NCBI GenBank assembly: GCA_023461275.1
Contig: JAEYMI010000022.1
Coordinates: 30,829-94,828 of the forward strand
From: Actinomycetes bacterium
GTDB lineage: Bacteria > Actinomycetota > Actinomycetes > Mycobacteriales > Mycobacteriaceae
Reading direction: 5' to 3'
Length of the DNA: 64,000 nucleotides
This document shows, in pieces, positions 39,689-50,207 of the stretch; positions within the stretch are counted from its first letter, which is position 1, and each line of letters opens with the position of its first letter. Both the position numbers and the translations under genes were made by a program. The notes under the pieces were generated by a model. The model ran no database searches. It was not told where the DNA came from and saw only the letters and a program-made list of their open reading frames with translations.

Positions 39689-40666
39689 GTGTCACAGCCA
39701 TCTCCGGCACAGCCCGCGCCCGCGGTGGCACCGACCCTGTCGATCGTCATCTGCTGCTACACCGCCCGCCGACTCGACCAGTTGCACGCCGCCGTGCTCA
39801 GCGCGGTCGGCCAACTCGGAGCCGACGACGAGGTCATCGTGGTCGTCGACCACAACCCCGACCTGTTCGCGACGCTGCACGCCGACATCACGGTCCGCGA
39901 CGACCGGGTGCGCGTGCTGGCCAACACCGAGACCAACGGATTGTCGGGGGCGCGTAACACCGGAGTCGGCGCGGCCGTCGGTGGCGTGGTCGTCTTCCTC
40001 GACGACGACGCAGCCTTCGACGCGGGCGCACTCGACGCCGTGCGCAACCGGTTCGCCGGCACCGAGGTGATAGCGATCGGTGGCGCGGTGCTGGCCCGAT
40101 GGTCCGACGACGCCGAACCTGGTTGGTTCCCATCGGAATTCGGTTGGGTGGTGGGCTGCGACTACCGCGGTCTGCCCGCCGACGGCGCCACGATCCGCAA
40201 CCCGATCGGTGCCGCGATGGCGGTCCGACGCGAGGCACTGGTCGAGATCGGCGGCTTCTCGCGCCACCTCGGCCGACGCGGCACCTTCCCCGCCGGGTGC
40301 GAAGAGACTTTGATGGGAATCGTTCTGCACGAACGCTTTCCGAGCTCGGTCATCGTCCGCGACACGGGGCTGCGAGTACACCATCACGTGCCACGAGACC
40401 GCGCGACGTTCGACTACTTCCTTCGACGCTGCTACCAGGAGGGCCGGTCCAAGGCCATCCTGGCGAAGCTGACCTCGGCCGACAGCGCATTGTCCAGCGA
40501 ACGCGGATACGCGACACGCACGCTGCCGTCCGGGGTGTGGCTGCACCGGCGTCAACCCTTGCGCGTGCTGGCGCTGGTCGTCGGATTAGCGGTCACCACA
40601 GCAGGTTTCGTCACCGGAACGGTGAATCACGCTCTACATCGACGTACTGGGGAGGATGTTCGATGA
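39689..40666 (+). CDS. Glycosyltransferase family 2
   Basis: LSIVICCYT, VVVDHN, ARNTG and FLDDD (DxD) motifs, with a C-terminal TM helix. Confidence 0.85.
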   Translation: MSQPSPAQPAPAVAPTLSIVICCYTARRLDQLHAAVLSAVGQLGADDEVIVVVDHNPDLFATLHADITVRDDRVRVLANTETNGLSGARNTGVGAAVGGVVVFLDDDAAFDAGALDAVRNRFAGTEVIAIGGAVLARWSDDAEPGWFPSEFGWVVGCDYRGLPADGATIRNPIGAAMAVRREALVEIGGFSRHLGRRGTFPAGCEETLMGIVLHERFPSSVIVRDTGLRVHHHVPRDRATFDYFLRRCYQEGRSKAILAKLTSADSALSSERGYATRTLPSGVWLHRRQPLRVLALVVGLAVTTAGFVTGTVNHALHRRTGEDVR

Positions 40667-41394
40667 CGACCACAATCGGTTCCGTGCTGCGTGATCCACG
40701 CACCGCACGATTCGCCGGCCTGACGCTACTGCTCTATTTCGCCGCCGAATGGGTGGTCGCGGCGAGCTGGCGCGGACAGTACGGTTATCGTGCCATCCCG
40801 ACCGGCCCGCTGGGTATCGAGTTCTGTGGTCCGCGCGGCAACTGGCCGTGTAGCGCGCTGTACCCGGTGATGAACGTCGGGTTCGCCGTCACCGGCGTCG
40901 CGATCGCCGTGCTCGCGGTGACCTGGCTGGCGCGGCGCGCCATCCCCGTCGCCGGCGGAGTGGCACTGATCCTCAGCGGCGCCGGGTTGCTCATCGCCGG
41001 AATCATCACGCAGCGTGTCGATTACGACGCACACGTGGCGGCCATGTCGGTGTTCTACGTGTTCGGCGCGCTGGGCGTCCTGTTCATCGGGGCATCCGAT
41101 GCCACCGGGTTGTCGGTGCCGGCGCGTGCCGCGCTGATCATGGGTGGTGCACTGGCCACCGTCGCGTACTTCGCCTTCGTCAGCGGGATCACCGGCTGGC
41201 TCGGCGACGGCGGCACCGAACGCGCCATCATCTACCCGATCCTCATCAGCCTGCTCGTCGCCGGCGTGACCGGCGGCAATCACGGCGGTTACCGCGTGGC
41301 AGGCGCCGCGAGCGCGACGGACCAGCCGGCGATCGACGATGCATCCGGCGCGACGGACGAGCCCGAGCTCGCCGCCACCCGGAACCCCGCATGA
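40663..41394 (+). CDS. Polytopic membrane protein (DUF998-like)
   Basis: 243 aa with 6 hydrophobic helices. RBS GGGGAGGA. ATGA overlap with the upstream GT2 gene. Confidence 0.6.
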   Translation: MTTTIGSVLRDPRTARFAGLTLLLYFAAEWVVAASWRGQYGYRAIPTGPLGIEFCGPRGNWPCSALYPVMNVGFAVTGVAIAVLAVTWLARRAIPVAGGVALILSGAGLLIAGIITQRVDYDAHVAAMSVFYVFGALGVLFIGASDATGLSVPARAALIMGGALATVAYFAFVSGITGWLGDGGTERAIIYPILISLLVAGVTGGNHGGYRVAGAASATDQPAIDDASGATDEPELAATRNPA

Positions 41395-42236
41395 TCCGCG
41401 GTATCGGCGGACGCAACGGCTCGCGGCAGGTGAGCCGCTGTGTGTCCGCGGCATCGATGCTGATGGTGGCCGGTACCGTCGCGGCTTGTTCGTCGGCCTT
41501 CGGGGCCGCCTCCCACCAGGACAAGGCGCCGGGCATCATCTTCGCCGACGAATTCGACGGCGACGAGGGTCCCGTCGGCGCACTGTGGCAGACCGAAACC
41601 GGCGGCGGCGGTTGGGGAAACAACGAGGCACAGGTCTACACCGACCGGGCGGAGAACGTCCGCGTCGACGGCCGCGGTCACCTTGAGATCAACGCGCGCT
41701 TCGACGGCACCACCATCACCAGCGCCCGCCTGACCACCCGTCGGCACGCGAGTGTGACCTACGGGCGAGTCGAAGCCCGCATCTCCCTGCCCGCCGGCAA
41801 GGGTCTGCATCCGGCATTCTGGTTGCTCGGCGACAATCTCGACGCGGTGGGCTGGCCCGCCTCCGGTGAGATCGACGTCATCGAAACCCTCAACGACGCA
41901 GCACAATTCCACACCGGCGTACACGCGCCGCGGAAGTCGTCGGAGCGGGGACAGAACGTGATGGTCAGCGGCACCCCGCCGACACCCTTGGCCGGTGAGT
42001 TCCACAACTACTGGATGATCAAGTCCCCCGGCCGAATCGAAACCGGTATCGACAAGACGTCGCTGTTCGTGGTGACCCGCGCCGATCTCGCGGCCGATGC
42101 GCAATGGGTGTTCGACGCACCGTTCCATGTGCTCCTCAATCTCGCGGTGGGCGGCGATTGGCCAGGGCCACCGGATGATTCGACGCCCAACCCCGCCACG
42201 ATGCTCGTCGACTGGGTCCGGGTGACAGCGCTGTGA
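41391..42236 (+). CDS. Glycoside hydrolase family 16 lipoprotein (beta-glucanase-like)
   Basis: Lipobox VAACS. GH16 catalytic motif GEIDVIE and WPAFWLL-like HPAFWLLG. Confidence 0.8.
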   Translation: MIRGIGGRNGSRQVSRCVSAASMLMVAGTVAACSSAFGAASHQDKAPGIIFADEFDGDEGPVGALWQTETGGGGWGNNEAQVYTDRAENVRVDGRGHLEINARFDGTTITSARLTTRRHASVTYGRVEARISLPAGKGLHPAFWLLGDNLDAVGWPASGEIDVIETLNDAAQFHTGVHAPRKSSERGQNVMVSGTPPTPLAGEFHNYWMIKSPGRIETGIDKTSLFVVTRADLAADAQWVFDAPFHVLLNLAVGGDWPGPPDDSTPNPATMLVDWVRVTAL

Positions 42237-43513
42237 ACCACTCCATAGACAACAAACCCATGACCGAGATCACGTTGCAGTCCGCGATGGTGTCCGACGG
42301 CCGTCCCGAATGGGACGGCGCCACCTGGATCGGCATCCTCGACACCGCCCCGATCCAGGCCACTGGCGACGAGATCATCTGCGGCACACCTACGTCGGCG
42401 GACGGCTACCGGCACGCGCGGATACTGATCCGCGACGGTCACCGTCCACTGCACTTCGTCAGCACCCCGATCGAGGGCGGCCGGGTTCGCCTACCGCTCC
42501 CCGACACTCCCACTGACTCCGCCGAGACTGATACCGACGGTGTACCACTGCCGTCGATCTCGGTGGTGCTGTGTACGCGCGAGCGTCCCGACCAACTACG
42601 TGGCGCCCTCGAATCACTCTGTCGCATCGACTATCCCGACTACGAGGTGATCGTCGTCGACAATGCCCCGAGCACCGATGCCACCGAACGAGTCGTCGCC
42701 GAGTTCGACGATCCGCGCGTCCGGCGTGTACTCGCGCCGGTCGCAGGCCTCTCGTCGGCACGCAATGTCGGCGTGCGGGCGGCCGGCCACGATATCGTCG
42801 CCTTCACCGACGACGACGTTGTCGCCGACGTCGGCTGGTTACGCGGACTGGCACGGGGATTCGCCCGGTCAACCGATGTCGCGTGCGTCAGCGGGCTGGT
42901 GCCCAGCGGCGAATTGCGCACGCTGCCACAGGCTTACTTCGATTGGCGGGTGTCCTGGGCGGACAACACCGACGCGCGGGTCTACCGGTTGAGCGACCCA
43001 CCCCCGGACGTGCCGTTGTTCCCATTCCAGGTCGGCGTCTACGGGACCGGCGCCAATTTCGCGGTCCGACGCGACGCCGTCGCCGAGCTCGGCTTCTTCG
43101 ACGAACGTCTCGGCGCGGGAACCGCCACTCGCGGCGGCGAGGACCTCGACATTTTCTTCCGGATGCTGGTCGCCGGCCATGCGCTGGCCGTCGAACCGTC
43201 GTCGATCATCTGGCACCGACACCGAAGTGACAACGACGCCTTGATGTCTCAGGCCCGCGGCTACGGCGTCGGCCTGGGCGCATGGCTGTCCAAGGTCGCG
43301 ATCACGCGGCAGTATCGACGCCTGGCACTGTCGGTGCTTCGACGTCGGCTGAGCGCGGTGGCCCGCGCCGGGGCCGCCTACGGGGCGATCGCGGCACCCC
43401 CGCCGGAGTTCCTGTCCACGGTGCCCTCATCGGTCGGCCGGGTGGAGGTCTTCTCCGTCCTGGCCGGGCCTCGCGCGCTGTGGCGCGCACATCGGGAGCG
43501 GAAGCGATCATGA
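42233..43513 (+). CDS. Glycosyltransferase family 2
   Basis: ISVVLCTRERP, VIVVDNAPSTD, ARNVG and FTDDD motifs. GTGA overlap upstream and ATGA overlap downstream. Confidence 0.85.
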   Translation: MNHSIDNKPMTEITLQSAMVSDGRPEWDGATWIGILDTAPIQATGDEIICGTPTSADGYRHARILIRDGHRPLHFVSTPIEGGRVRLPLPDTPTDSAETDTDGVPLPSISVVLCTRERPDQLRGALESLCRIDYPDYEVIVVDNAPSTDATERVVAEFDDPRVRRVLAPVAGLSSARNVGVRAAGHDIVAFTDDDVVADVGWLRGLARGFARSTDVACVSGLVPSGELRTLPQAYFDWRVSWADNTDARVYRLSDPPPDVPLFPFQVGVYGTGANFAVRRDAVAELGFFDERLGAGTATRGGEDLDIFFRMLVAGHALAVEPSSIIWHRHRSDNDALMSQARGYGVGLGAWLSKVAITRQYRRLALSVLRRRLSAVARAGAAYGAIAAPPPEFLSTVPSSVGRVEVFSVLAGPRALWRAHRERKRS

Positions 43514-45678
43514 CGACCACATCGATGACCACCAGCCCATCCACCTCACCCGAAGAGCCCGACGCGACGGAACCGACGCCGAGCGTCGAGGTGGCCGACA
43601 CCTCCCGCCCGGCGCCGGCCGGTCTGGCCCTACCCGACGTCGCGCTCCTGGCCTCGATCGCCGGATTGGCCGGGCTGGCACCGGTTCCCGCGCCGGTCAA
43701 GGCCGTACTGGTCGCGATCTTCGTGTCGCTGGGGCCCGGCGCCGCCATCGCGACCTGGGTCCCGATCCCGCGGCATCTGCGGCTCGCCGCGATCCCGACG
43801 TTGAGCATGTCGGTGATGACCATCGTGGCAATCGGCGCGATGTGGTCCTACCGGTGGAACCCGACCGGCATCCTGGTGGTGTGCTGTGCGGCCACCGCCG
43901 GTGCCGCCGCGGTGAAATACGTTCGACGCGGCAGTTTTCCACCGTTCTCGAGCTGGATCGGCACCCTGGTGTCCCAGCTCCGCTTCGCCATCACCGCGCC
44001 CGGGGTCAACCCGGCAACGGCGCTGATCGCGGTCGGTCTGATCCTGTGGGCGATGGCGATGCCGTCGCTGCCCGGCACCGACGCCAGCTTCTACGGGCTG
44101 CTCGCATCGGGCAGCGGACGGCTCCTGGTCCCGGCGATCCTGCTCAACGCCGCCGGTTTCTGCTGGGCGGTGACCACCCGCCGGACCGGGGCGGCCGCGT
44201 TCGCCGTTGTCGGCGCCATCGTGATCGGCCGGATGACAACGTGGGTCGGCACCGAGATGCCGCTCTACGACTGGACCTACAAGCACATCGCGGTGGTCCG
44301 ATACATCCTCGAGCACAACCTGATCCAGCCCGACGGCACCGACATCTACGCGCAGTGGCCGGCGTTCTTCGTGACCTCGGCCTGGTATCTCGACGTGACC
44401 GGACTCGACCCCTACGCGCTTGCGCAGGCATTCGCCCCCATCGTGCACGTGCTGTTGGCCCTGATCGTGTACTCGGCCGCGCGGGTGGTCGGGCATTCCC
44501 ATCGAGTCGCGCTGGTGGCCACGTTCATTGCCGAGTCGGTGAATTGGGTTGGCCAGGATTACTTCTCACCCCAGGCATGGACGTTGGTGCTGGCTTTCGG
44601 CCTGATCGCAATACTCATCGCCTCTCGGGGTGCCCCGAGAATGGCTGTGCTGGCGATCATTCCGTTTGCTGCGATGGTGCCCACCCACCAGCTGACACCG
44701 TTCTGGGTACTCGGCGCTGCCACGTTGCTGGTGATCTTCCGACGAGTGCGGCCCTGGTGGGCCGTCGCGGCGATGATCGTGATCGCCGGCGCTTACCTCG
44801 CACTGAACTTCAGTGCTGTTGCGCCCTATGGCATCTTGTCCGGCGGCAACCCGGTGAACAACGCCACCAGCAACGTCACCATGGTGGGATTGCCGTCGCG
44901 GGAGTTCACCTCGCTGATCTGCCGCGGGCTGTCGGCCGGGGTGTTCGCCGCGGCCGCGTTGTCCGCGGTGTGGGCGTGGCGGACGCATCGACGTCACGTT
45001 CTGCTGCAGGCGATCCTGGCATTCTCGGCACTCGGGCTGCTGCTGGGCCAGAGTTATGGCGGTGAGGCGATCTTCCGGGTCTACCTCTACAGCCTGCTGG
45101 GCTGCGCCCTACTGATCGCCCCGTTCTTCGTCATGTTGCTCGACGGGTGGCGGCGCGGACCGTTGCGGTCGATCGGCGCGCTGGGCGCGGTCTCCGGCGC
45201 CCTGGCGGCGGCGCTGGCCGGGCTGTATTCCTTTGTCGCACTGTGGCCGATCGTCGTCGAGACGCGCGACCAGGTGGAGACGATGGACGCGATCACCGCG
45301 CAGGCACCAGCAGGGTCACGGTTCCTCATGATGTACGCCGGCGGCATGCCGACGCGTACAAACGCCAACTACGCCGCCCTCACGCTGCGCAACCCGTACT
45401 TCGACTATTCGCTGGCCTTCGATCTGAACGGCAACACCACCACCTTCCCCACTGCCGAACAGCTCGGGTACCTGGAGTGGAAGATCGACGAGCAACGAGA
45501 ACCCACGTTCATCGCCTTCAGCACGCAATCGAGCCGGACCATCGAGTACTACGGCGGCTTCAGTCCTGGTGCGGTGCAAACGTTTCAGCAGGTGCTTCGG
45601 GAGTCTCCGCAATGGCGCGTGATCCACGAGGGCAAGGACTCGGTGGTGTTCCGACACGACCCACCCGTGCGTAAATGA
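43510..45678 (+). CDS. Large polytopic membrane protein with C-terminal extracytoplasmic domain (candidate polymerase or GT-C-type enzyme)
   Basis: 722 aa with more than 12 hydrophobic helices, followed by a soluble tail of about 130 aa. No motif was recognised by eye. Confidence 0.6.
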   Translation: MTTTSMTTSPSTSPEEPDATEPTPSVEVADTSRPAPAGLALPDVALLASIAGLAGLAPVPAPVKAVLVAIFVSLGPGAAIATWVPIPRHLRLAAIPTLSMSVMTIVAIGAMWSYRWNPTGILVVCCAATAGAAAVKYVRRGSFPPFSSWIGTLVSQLRFAITAPGVNPATALIAVGLILWAMAMPSLPGTDASFYGLLASGSGRLLVPAILLNAAGFCWAVTTRRTGAAAFAVVGAIVIGRMTTWVGTEMPLYDWTYKHIAVVRYILEHNLIQPDGTDIYAQWPAFFVTSAWYLDVTGLDPYALAQAFAPIVHVLLALIVYSAARVVGHSHRVALVATFIAESVNWVGQDYFSPQAWTLVLAFGLIAILIASRGAPRMAVLAIIPFAAMVPTHQLTPFWVLGAATLLVIFRRVRPWWAVAAMIVIAGAYLALNFSAVAPYGILSGGNPVNNATSNVTMVGLPSREFTSLICRGLSAGVFAAAALSAVWAWRTHRRHVLLQAILAFSALGLLLGQSYGGEAIFRVYLYSLLGCALLIAPFFVMLLDGWRRGPLRSIGALGAVSGALAAALAGLYSFVALWPIVVETRDQVETMDAITAQAPAGSRFLMMYAGGMPTRTNANYAALTLRNPYFDYSLAFDLNGNTTTFPTAEQLGYLEWKIDEQREPTFIAFSTQSSRTIEYYGGFSPGAVQTFQQVLRESPQWRVIHEGKDSVVFRHDPPVRK

Positions 45679-45833
45679 AGCCGGCCAGCCGTGTGAAATG
45701 AACCACAAAGTAAACTGACAGTTAGGCAAGGATTACCTTAGAGACTAGCGTCGAACAGGAACGATGAGCGACGCAAAAGGACGCGGGGGCGTTGCATCGC
45801 CACTGCAGTCTTGACCCGATACGAGGGGGAAAC

Positions 45834-46817
45834 GTGACACAGGCTTCTGACGACCTGGAGTCCGCACGCGAGCTCGATGTGCCGCAGGTAGGCGACATGA
45901 GCGAGTTCGAAGAAGACTTCACCCACGTCGACGACCCGGAGCCGCATGACCCCGAGTCGGGCAGCGACGCCGCAACCGGTGAGACCACCGAACCGACTGT
46001 CTCCGTAGTGATCCCGACCCGCAACGAAGCACTCAACCTGCCGTATGTTGCCAGCCGGATGCCACCGGTCGACGAGATCATCGTCGTCGACGGCGCATCG
46101 TCGGACGACACCGTCGACGTCGCGCGCCGGCTGTGGCCGCACGCGGTGATCGTCCACCAGTCGCGCGACGGTAAGGGCAACGCACTCGCATGCGGGTTCG
46201 CCGCGGCCACCAGCGACATCATCGTTATGATCGATGCCGACGGCTCGACCGATCCGGCGGAGATCCCGGAGTTCGTCGCCGCGCTGATCAATGGTGCCGA
46301 CCTCGCCAAGGGCAGTCGGTTCTCCCACGGCGGCGGCAGCGACGACATCACCACCTTGCGCAGGTTCGGCAACAAGGGCCTGAACTGGCTGGTGAACCGG
46401 ATCTTCTCGACCGGATTCGCCGATCTCTGCTACGGCTACAACGCATTCTGGCGCCGGCACCTGTCGGTCATCGACCTGCCCGACATCCACGCGAGCGAAC
46501 CGCAGTGGGGTGACGGTTTCGAGGTGGAGACCATCATCAACGTCCGGATGGCTCGCGGCGACATGGCGATCCGTGAGGTCGGCAGCCACGAGAGCCCGCG
46601 CATCCACGGCCGCAGCAATCTCAACGCGGTCAGCGACGGCATCCGTGTGCTGAGAACCATTGACCGCGAACGACGATCGAGGCGTGCCACACTCCGCTCC
46701 TCCGAAGCCCGGTCCGCCGAAGCCCAGACCGGCGCCGAGGACCAGACCGGCGGCCAAGCCCAGACCACCAACACCGCCGATCTTCCACTCGGTGCCGGCA
46801 AGGTGCAACGGCCGTGA
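45834..46817 (+). CDS. GT2 polyprenyl-phosphate glycosyltransferase (Dpm1/GtrB-like)
   Basis: A GTG is preceded by GAGGGGGA. Contains VSVVIPTRNE, VVDGASSD, IDADGS and GSRF motifs. Confidence 0.8.
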   Translation: MTQASDDLESARELDVPQVGDMSEFEEDFTHVDDPEPHDPESGSDAATGETTEPTVSVVIPTRNEALNLPYVASRMPPVDEIIVVDGASSDDTVDVARRLWPHAVIVHQSRDGKGNALACGFAAATSDIIVMIDADGSTDPAEIPEFVAALINGADLAKGSRFSHGGGSDDITTLRRFGNKGLNWLVNRIFSTGFADLCYGYNAFWRRHLSVIDLPDIHASEPQWGDGFEVETIINVRMARGDMAIREVGSHESPRIHGRSNLNAVSDGIRVLRTIDRERRSRRATLRSSEARSAEAQTGAEDQTGGQAQTTNTADLPLGAGKVQRP

Positions 46818-48076
46818 CCGGCAATCGAATTCGCACCCAGGTCGCGATCATCGGTGCCGGCCCCGCTGGGCTCACCTTGGCGCACATGCTGCATCTGCAG
46901 GGCATCGACAGCGTGGTGCTGGAACGTCAGAGCCAGGAGCACGTGCGCTCGCGTATCCGCGCCGGGGTCATCGAACACACCACCGTCGACCTGCTGACTG
47001 AGCTCGGGCTGGCAGAACGTCTGCATCGTGAAGCCCTGGTGCACGATGGTTTCTACCTCCGATTCGACCGCACCACACACCATCTCGACTTCCACCGGCA
47101 CACCGGACGACATGCTTTCGTCTACGGCCAGGCCGAGATAGTCGCCGACCTCATCGACGCCCGCCACGCGACCGGACGCCCGCTGATCTTCGACGCCGAC
47201 GGCGTTCGGGTGCGCGACATCGACACTGACCACCCCGTCGTCGAATACTCCTGGCAGGGTGCGGAATACACCATCGACGCGGATATCGTCGCCGGCGCCG
47301 ATGGATTCCACGGAGTTTGCCGGCAGATGATGGATCCGGCGACCGTGCGGGTCTTCGAACGGTCGTATCCCTTTGCCTGGCTGGGCATCATGGCGCGCAC
47401 CACGCCGGTCACCGCCGAGGGCATGTACTGCGCCCACCCCAACGGCCTGTCGGTACACAGCATGCGAGGCCCCAACCTCACGCGGCAATACCTGCAGGTC
47501 GGCGCCGACACCGACCTTTCGGCATGGAGCGACGAGCGGATCTGGGCAGAGTTGCGGCGCCGCAGCGCATCCGACGATCATCCCGAACTCGAGACCGGTG
47601 AGATCATCGAACGCTCGCTCGCACCGCTGCGCAGCGTGGTCACCGAACCGATGCAGCGAGGGTCGTTGTTCCTGCTCGGCGACTCGGCGCACATCGTGCC
47701 GCCGACCGGCGCCAAAGGCCTCAACCTCGCCATGTCCGACGCCAGTGTGCTCTCGCACGCGCTCGGTGTCTTCTACCTCGACCGAGACCGCAGCGCGCTA
47801 GACGCCTACTCGGCCACCGCATTGCCGCGCATTTGGCAGGCGCAGGTCTTCTCGTGGGACCTGACCACCACGTTGCACCGTTTCTCCGACGATGGCTTCG
47901 ACTGGCAGCTGCGGCATGCCCGTCTTCAGCGCTGGGCCACCTCCCTCGACGCGCAGCAGGCGCTCGGCGAGGTCTACCTCGGCTTGCCCTTCCCGACGCC
48001 GTGGCGTCCCGAAATTTCAGTTACACAACCGCGTGACGACGCCGCGTCCGCGCTCGGTGATCGGAGTCTGGCGTGA
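46814..48076 (+). CDS. PobA-family FAD-dependent (amino)hydroxybenzoate hydroxylase
   Basis: GAGPAGL dinucleotide fold. YPFAWLG, SMR and RQY match the PHBH substrate-binding Tyr/Arg/Tyr. Also contains GDSAHIVPPTGAKGLN. Confidence 0.75.
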   Translation: MTGNRIRTQVAIIGAGPAGLTLAHMLHLQGIDSVVLERQSQEHVRSRIRAGVIEHTTVDLLTELGLAERLHREALVHDGFYLRFDRTTHHLDFHRHTGRHAFVYGQAEIVADLIDARHATGRPLIFDADGVRVRDIDTDHPVVEYSWQGAEYTIDADIVAGADGFHGVCRQMMDPATVRVFERSYPFAWLGIMARTTPVTAEGMYCAHPNGLSVHSMRGPNLTRQYLQVGADTDLSAWSDERIWAELRRRSASDDHPELETGEIIERSLAPLRSVVTEPMQRGSLFLLGDSAHIVPPTGAKGLNLAMSDASVLSHALGVFYLDRDRSALDAYSATALPRIWQAQVFSWDLTTTLHRFSDDGFDWQLRHARLQRWATSLDAQQALGEVYLGLPFPTPWRPEISVTQPRDDAASALGDRSLA

Positions 48077-48912
48077 TCGACAACAATGGCAATCGCCGAC
48101 ATATGATGTCCGGCAAGCATATTCGCATGACTCGTATCTTTGGTTCGTCGAGTCGTCGAGCCCTGGTGGTACCCATGGATCACTCGGTGACCATCGGCCC
48201 ACTCGGCGCGCGCGGCCACGCCGACCAGATGGCAGCGGTCCTCGCCCGAGCCGGCGCCGACGCGCTGATCGTCCACAAGGGTCGCGCCCGCACCATCTCA
48301 CCGGGACGCTTCGGATCGATGGGTCTGATCGTTCACCTGTCCGCGGGTACCAATCTCGCGGTCGACCAGACCCGCAAGGTGCTCGTCGGATCGGTGGAGG
48401 AATGCCTGAGCCTGGGTGCCGACGCGGTCAGTGTCCACGTCAACGTCGGTGCGCCAACTGAATCCGAGCAGCTCACCGATCTCGGTGTGGTCGCCGCGGA
48501 GTGCGACAAACTCGGTGTCCCGTTGCTGGCCATGATGTACGCCCGTGGCGGCGTCGCCGACGCCGGCAACACCTCGGTGGCGACGCTGGCACATCTCGCG
48601 GCGATCGCCACCGACCTCGGGGCCGACATCGTCAAGCTCGATTACGCCGGCGCGCCGGAACGGATGAACGAGGTGGTCGACACCAGCCCGCTGCCGATCC
48701 TGGTGGCCGGCGGGCCGACGACTGCTTCCGACGAGGCCGCCATCGCGTTCGGGTTGCAGGTGGCCGAATCACGGGTCGCCGGACTCAGTTTCGGTCGGTT
48801 GATCTTCGGTGCGGAACACCCGCAGCGTGTCGCGTCGACGCTTGCCGACCGCCTGCATCGTGAAGCCGCCCCCGCACACCCGAAGGCGACGGCCACCCTC
48901 GAGCTCGCCTGA
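48073..48912 (+). CDS. DhnA-type class I aldolase (GriI / ADH-synthase AroA'-like)
   Basis: GKHIRMTRIF, VVPMDH, ADIVKLDY (Schiff-base Lys context) and VAGGP motifs. Confidence 0.7.
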   Translation: MIDNNGNRRHMMSGKHIRMTRIFGSSSRRALVVPMDHSVTIGPLGARGHADQMAAVLARAGADALIVHKGRARTISPGRFGSMGLIVHLSAGTNLAVDQTRKVLVGSVEECLSLGADAVSVHVNVGAPTESEQLTDLGVVAAECDKLGVPLLAMMYARGGVADAGNTSVATLAHLAAIATDLGADIVKLDYAGAPERMNEVVDTSPLPILVAGGPTTASDEAAIAFGLQVAESRVAGLSFGRLIFGAEHPQRVASTLADRLHREAAPAHPKATATLELA

Positions 48913-48991
48913 GCCCGCGCCTGTGCACCTCCGACATCAGCACCCGGACCATCAGACCCAGCCCATCAGTTCCCAGCAAGAAGGCACCATC

Positions 48992-50200
48992 ATGAGCGCA
49001 TCCACCGATATCGTCACCGACGACATCACCCCCCTCAAACCCGTTCCGTCGGTCACCGCCGCCGGCTCGACCAGCATCTCCGGGGCCAGCGAGACCGACG
49101 GTCCGCGTGAACATTTCGCGTGGATCGATGTCCGCAACACGAAGGGCTCATTGCGCGACGCGCTGATCCAGGCCGCCATCCACCATCGCATCGACGGCGT
49201 CGTCTCCGACGATCCCGCCGTCCTGATCGATCTACCACCGACGATTCGTCGGGTGCTGACCGGCACTTCGTCGGCCGAGTCCGGGTCCATCGACCTCACC
49301 CTCGTCGAACATCCCGGCCACGACGGACCGATCGAGGCGCCGTCGTCGGATGCCGATCTCGGTGTGCACGTGGTGGTCTCCGACGCCGAGACGCTGCGGC
49401 ATGCCTGCGAGATCGTGCGTCGGGTGCCGTGGACTGTCCTGACCTTCACCGACCCCACCAAGATCCCGCTGGAGATCGTCATCGCCGCCGCGGAGAACTC
49501 CGGCGGCCGCAGCATCACCGTCGTCAACGACATCGAGGATGCCGAGATCGTCAAGCTGGTTCTCGAACACGGTTCCGACGGACTGCTTCTGGCGCCTCGC
49601 AACGCCGATGACGTGGCCACTCTCGCCGAGGTCATCCGGCCGTCAGCGGAGACGATCGAGCTGACCGAACTCACGGTCACCAAGGTCGAGCACATCGGCA
49701 TGGGTGAGCGGGCGTGCATCGACACCTGCTCACTGCTGGAGAAGGACGAAGGCTGCCTGATCGGCTCCTTCTCCACCGGAATGTTTCTGTCCTGCAGCGA
49801 AACACATCCGCTCCCCTACATGCCGACCCGCCCGTTCCGATGGAACGCCGGTGCGGTGCACTCCTACGTCCTCACCCCGGGAAACCGGACCCGCTACGTC
49901 AGCGAACTGCACGCCGGGCAGCCGATCCTCGCCGTCCGCAGCGACGGCTCGGTGCGCGAGGTTCGGATCGGACGCGTGAAAATCGAACGGCGGCCGATCA
50001 TCTCGGTCACCGCGACCGCACCCGACGGCCGCGTCGTCAACGTGATCGCCCAGGACGACTGGCATGTCCGGCTGCTCGGCCCGGGTGGATCGGTCAACAA
50101 CGTCACCGACCTCAAGCCCGGCGACCTGCTCCTCGGCTACGCGCCCAGCGAATCCCGCCACGTCGGCCTGCCGATCACCGAGTTCTGCGACGAGCGATAG
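48992..50200 (+). CDS. 3-dehydroquinate synthase II family protein (GriH / 3-amino-4-hydroxybenzoate synthase-like)
   Basis: 402 aa, recognised as archaeal-type DHQS-II/GriH. It is paired with the DhnA aldolase, as in griI-griH. Confidence 0.65.
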   Translation: MSASTDIVTDDITPLKPVPSVTAAGSTSISGASETDGPREHFAWIDVRNTKGSLRDALIQAAIHHRIDGVVSDDPAVLIDLPPTIRRVLTGTSSAESGSIDLTLVEHPGHDGPIEAPSSDADLGVHVVVSDAETLRHACEIVRRVPWTVLTFTDPTKIPLEIVIAAAENSGGRSITVVNDIEDAEIVKLVLEHGSDGLLLAPRNADDVATLAEVIRPSAETIELTELTVTKVEHIGMGERACIDTCSLLEKDEGCLIGSFSTGMFLSCSETHPLPYMPTRPFRWNAGAVHSYVLTPGNRTRYVSELHAGQPILAVRSDGSVREVRIGRVKIERRPIISVTATAPDGRVVNVIAQDDWHVRLLGPGGSVNNVTDLKPGDLLLGYAPSESRHVGLPITEFCDER

Positions 50201-50207
50201 GCCGGCG

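Noticed and set aside
48073-50200. Annotating the aldolase/DHQS-II pair as an archaeal-type shikimate pathway (AroA'/AroB').
   Set aside because: This is not excluded. The operon context (PobA-like hydroxylase, A-T-TE loader, glycan genes) favours a GriI/GriH-type secondary-metabolite role, and phylogeny is needed to decide.
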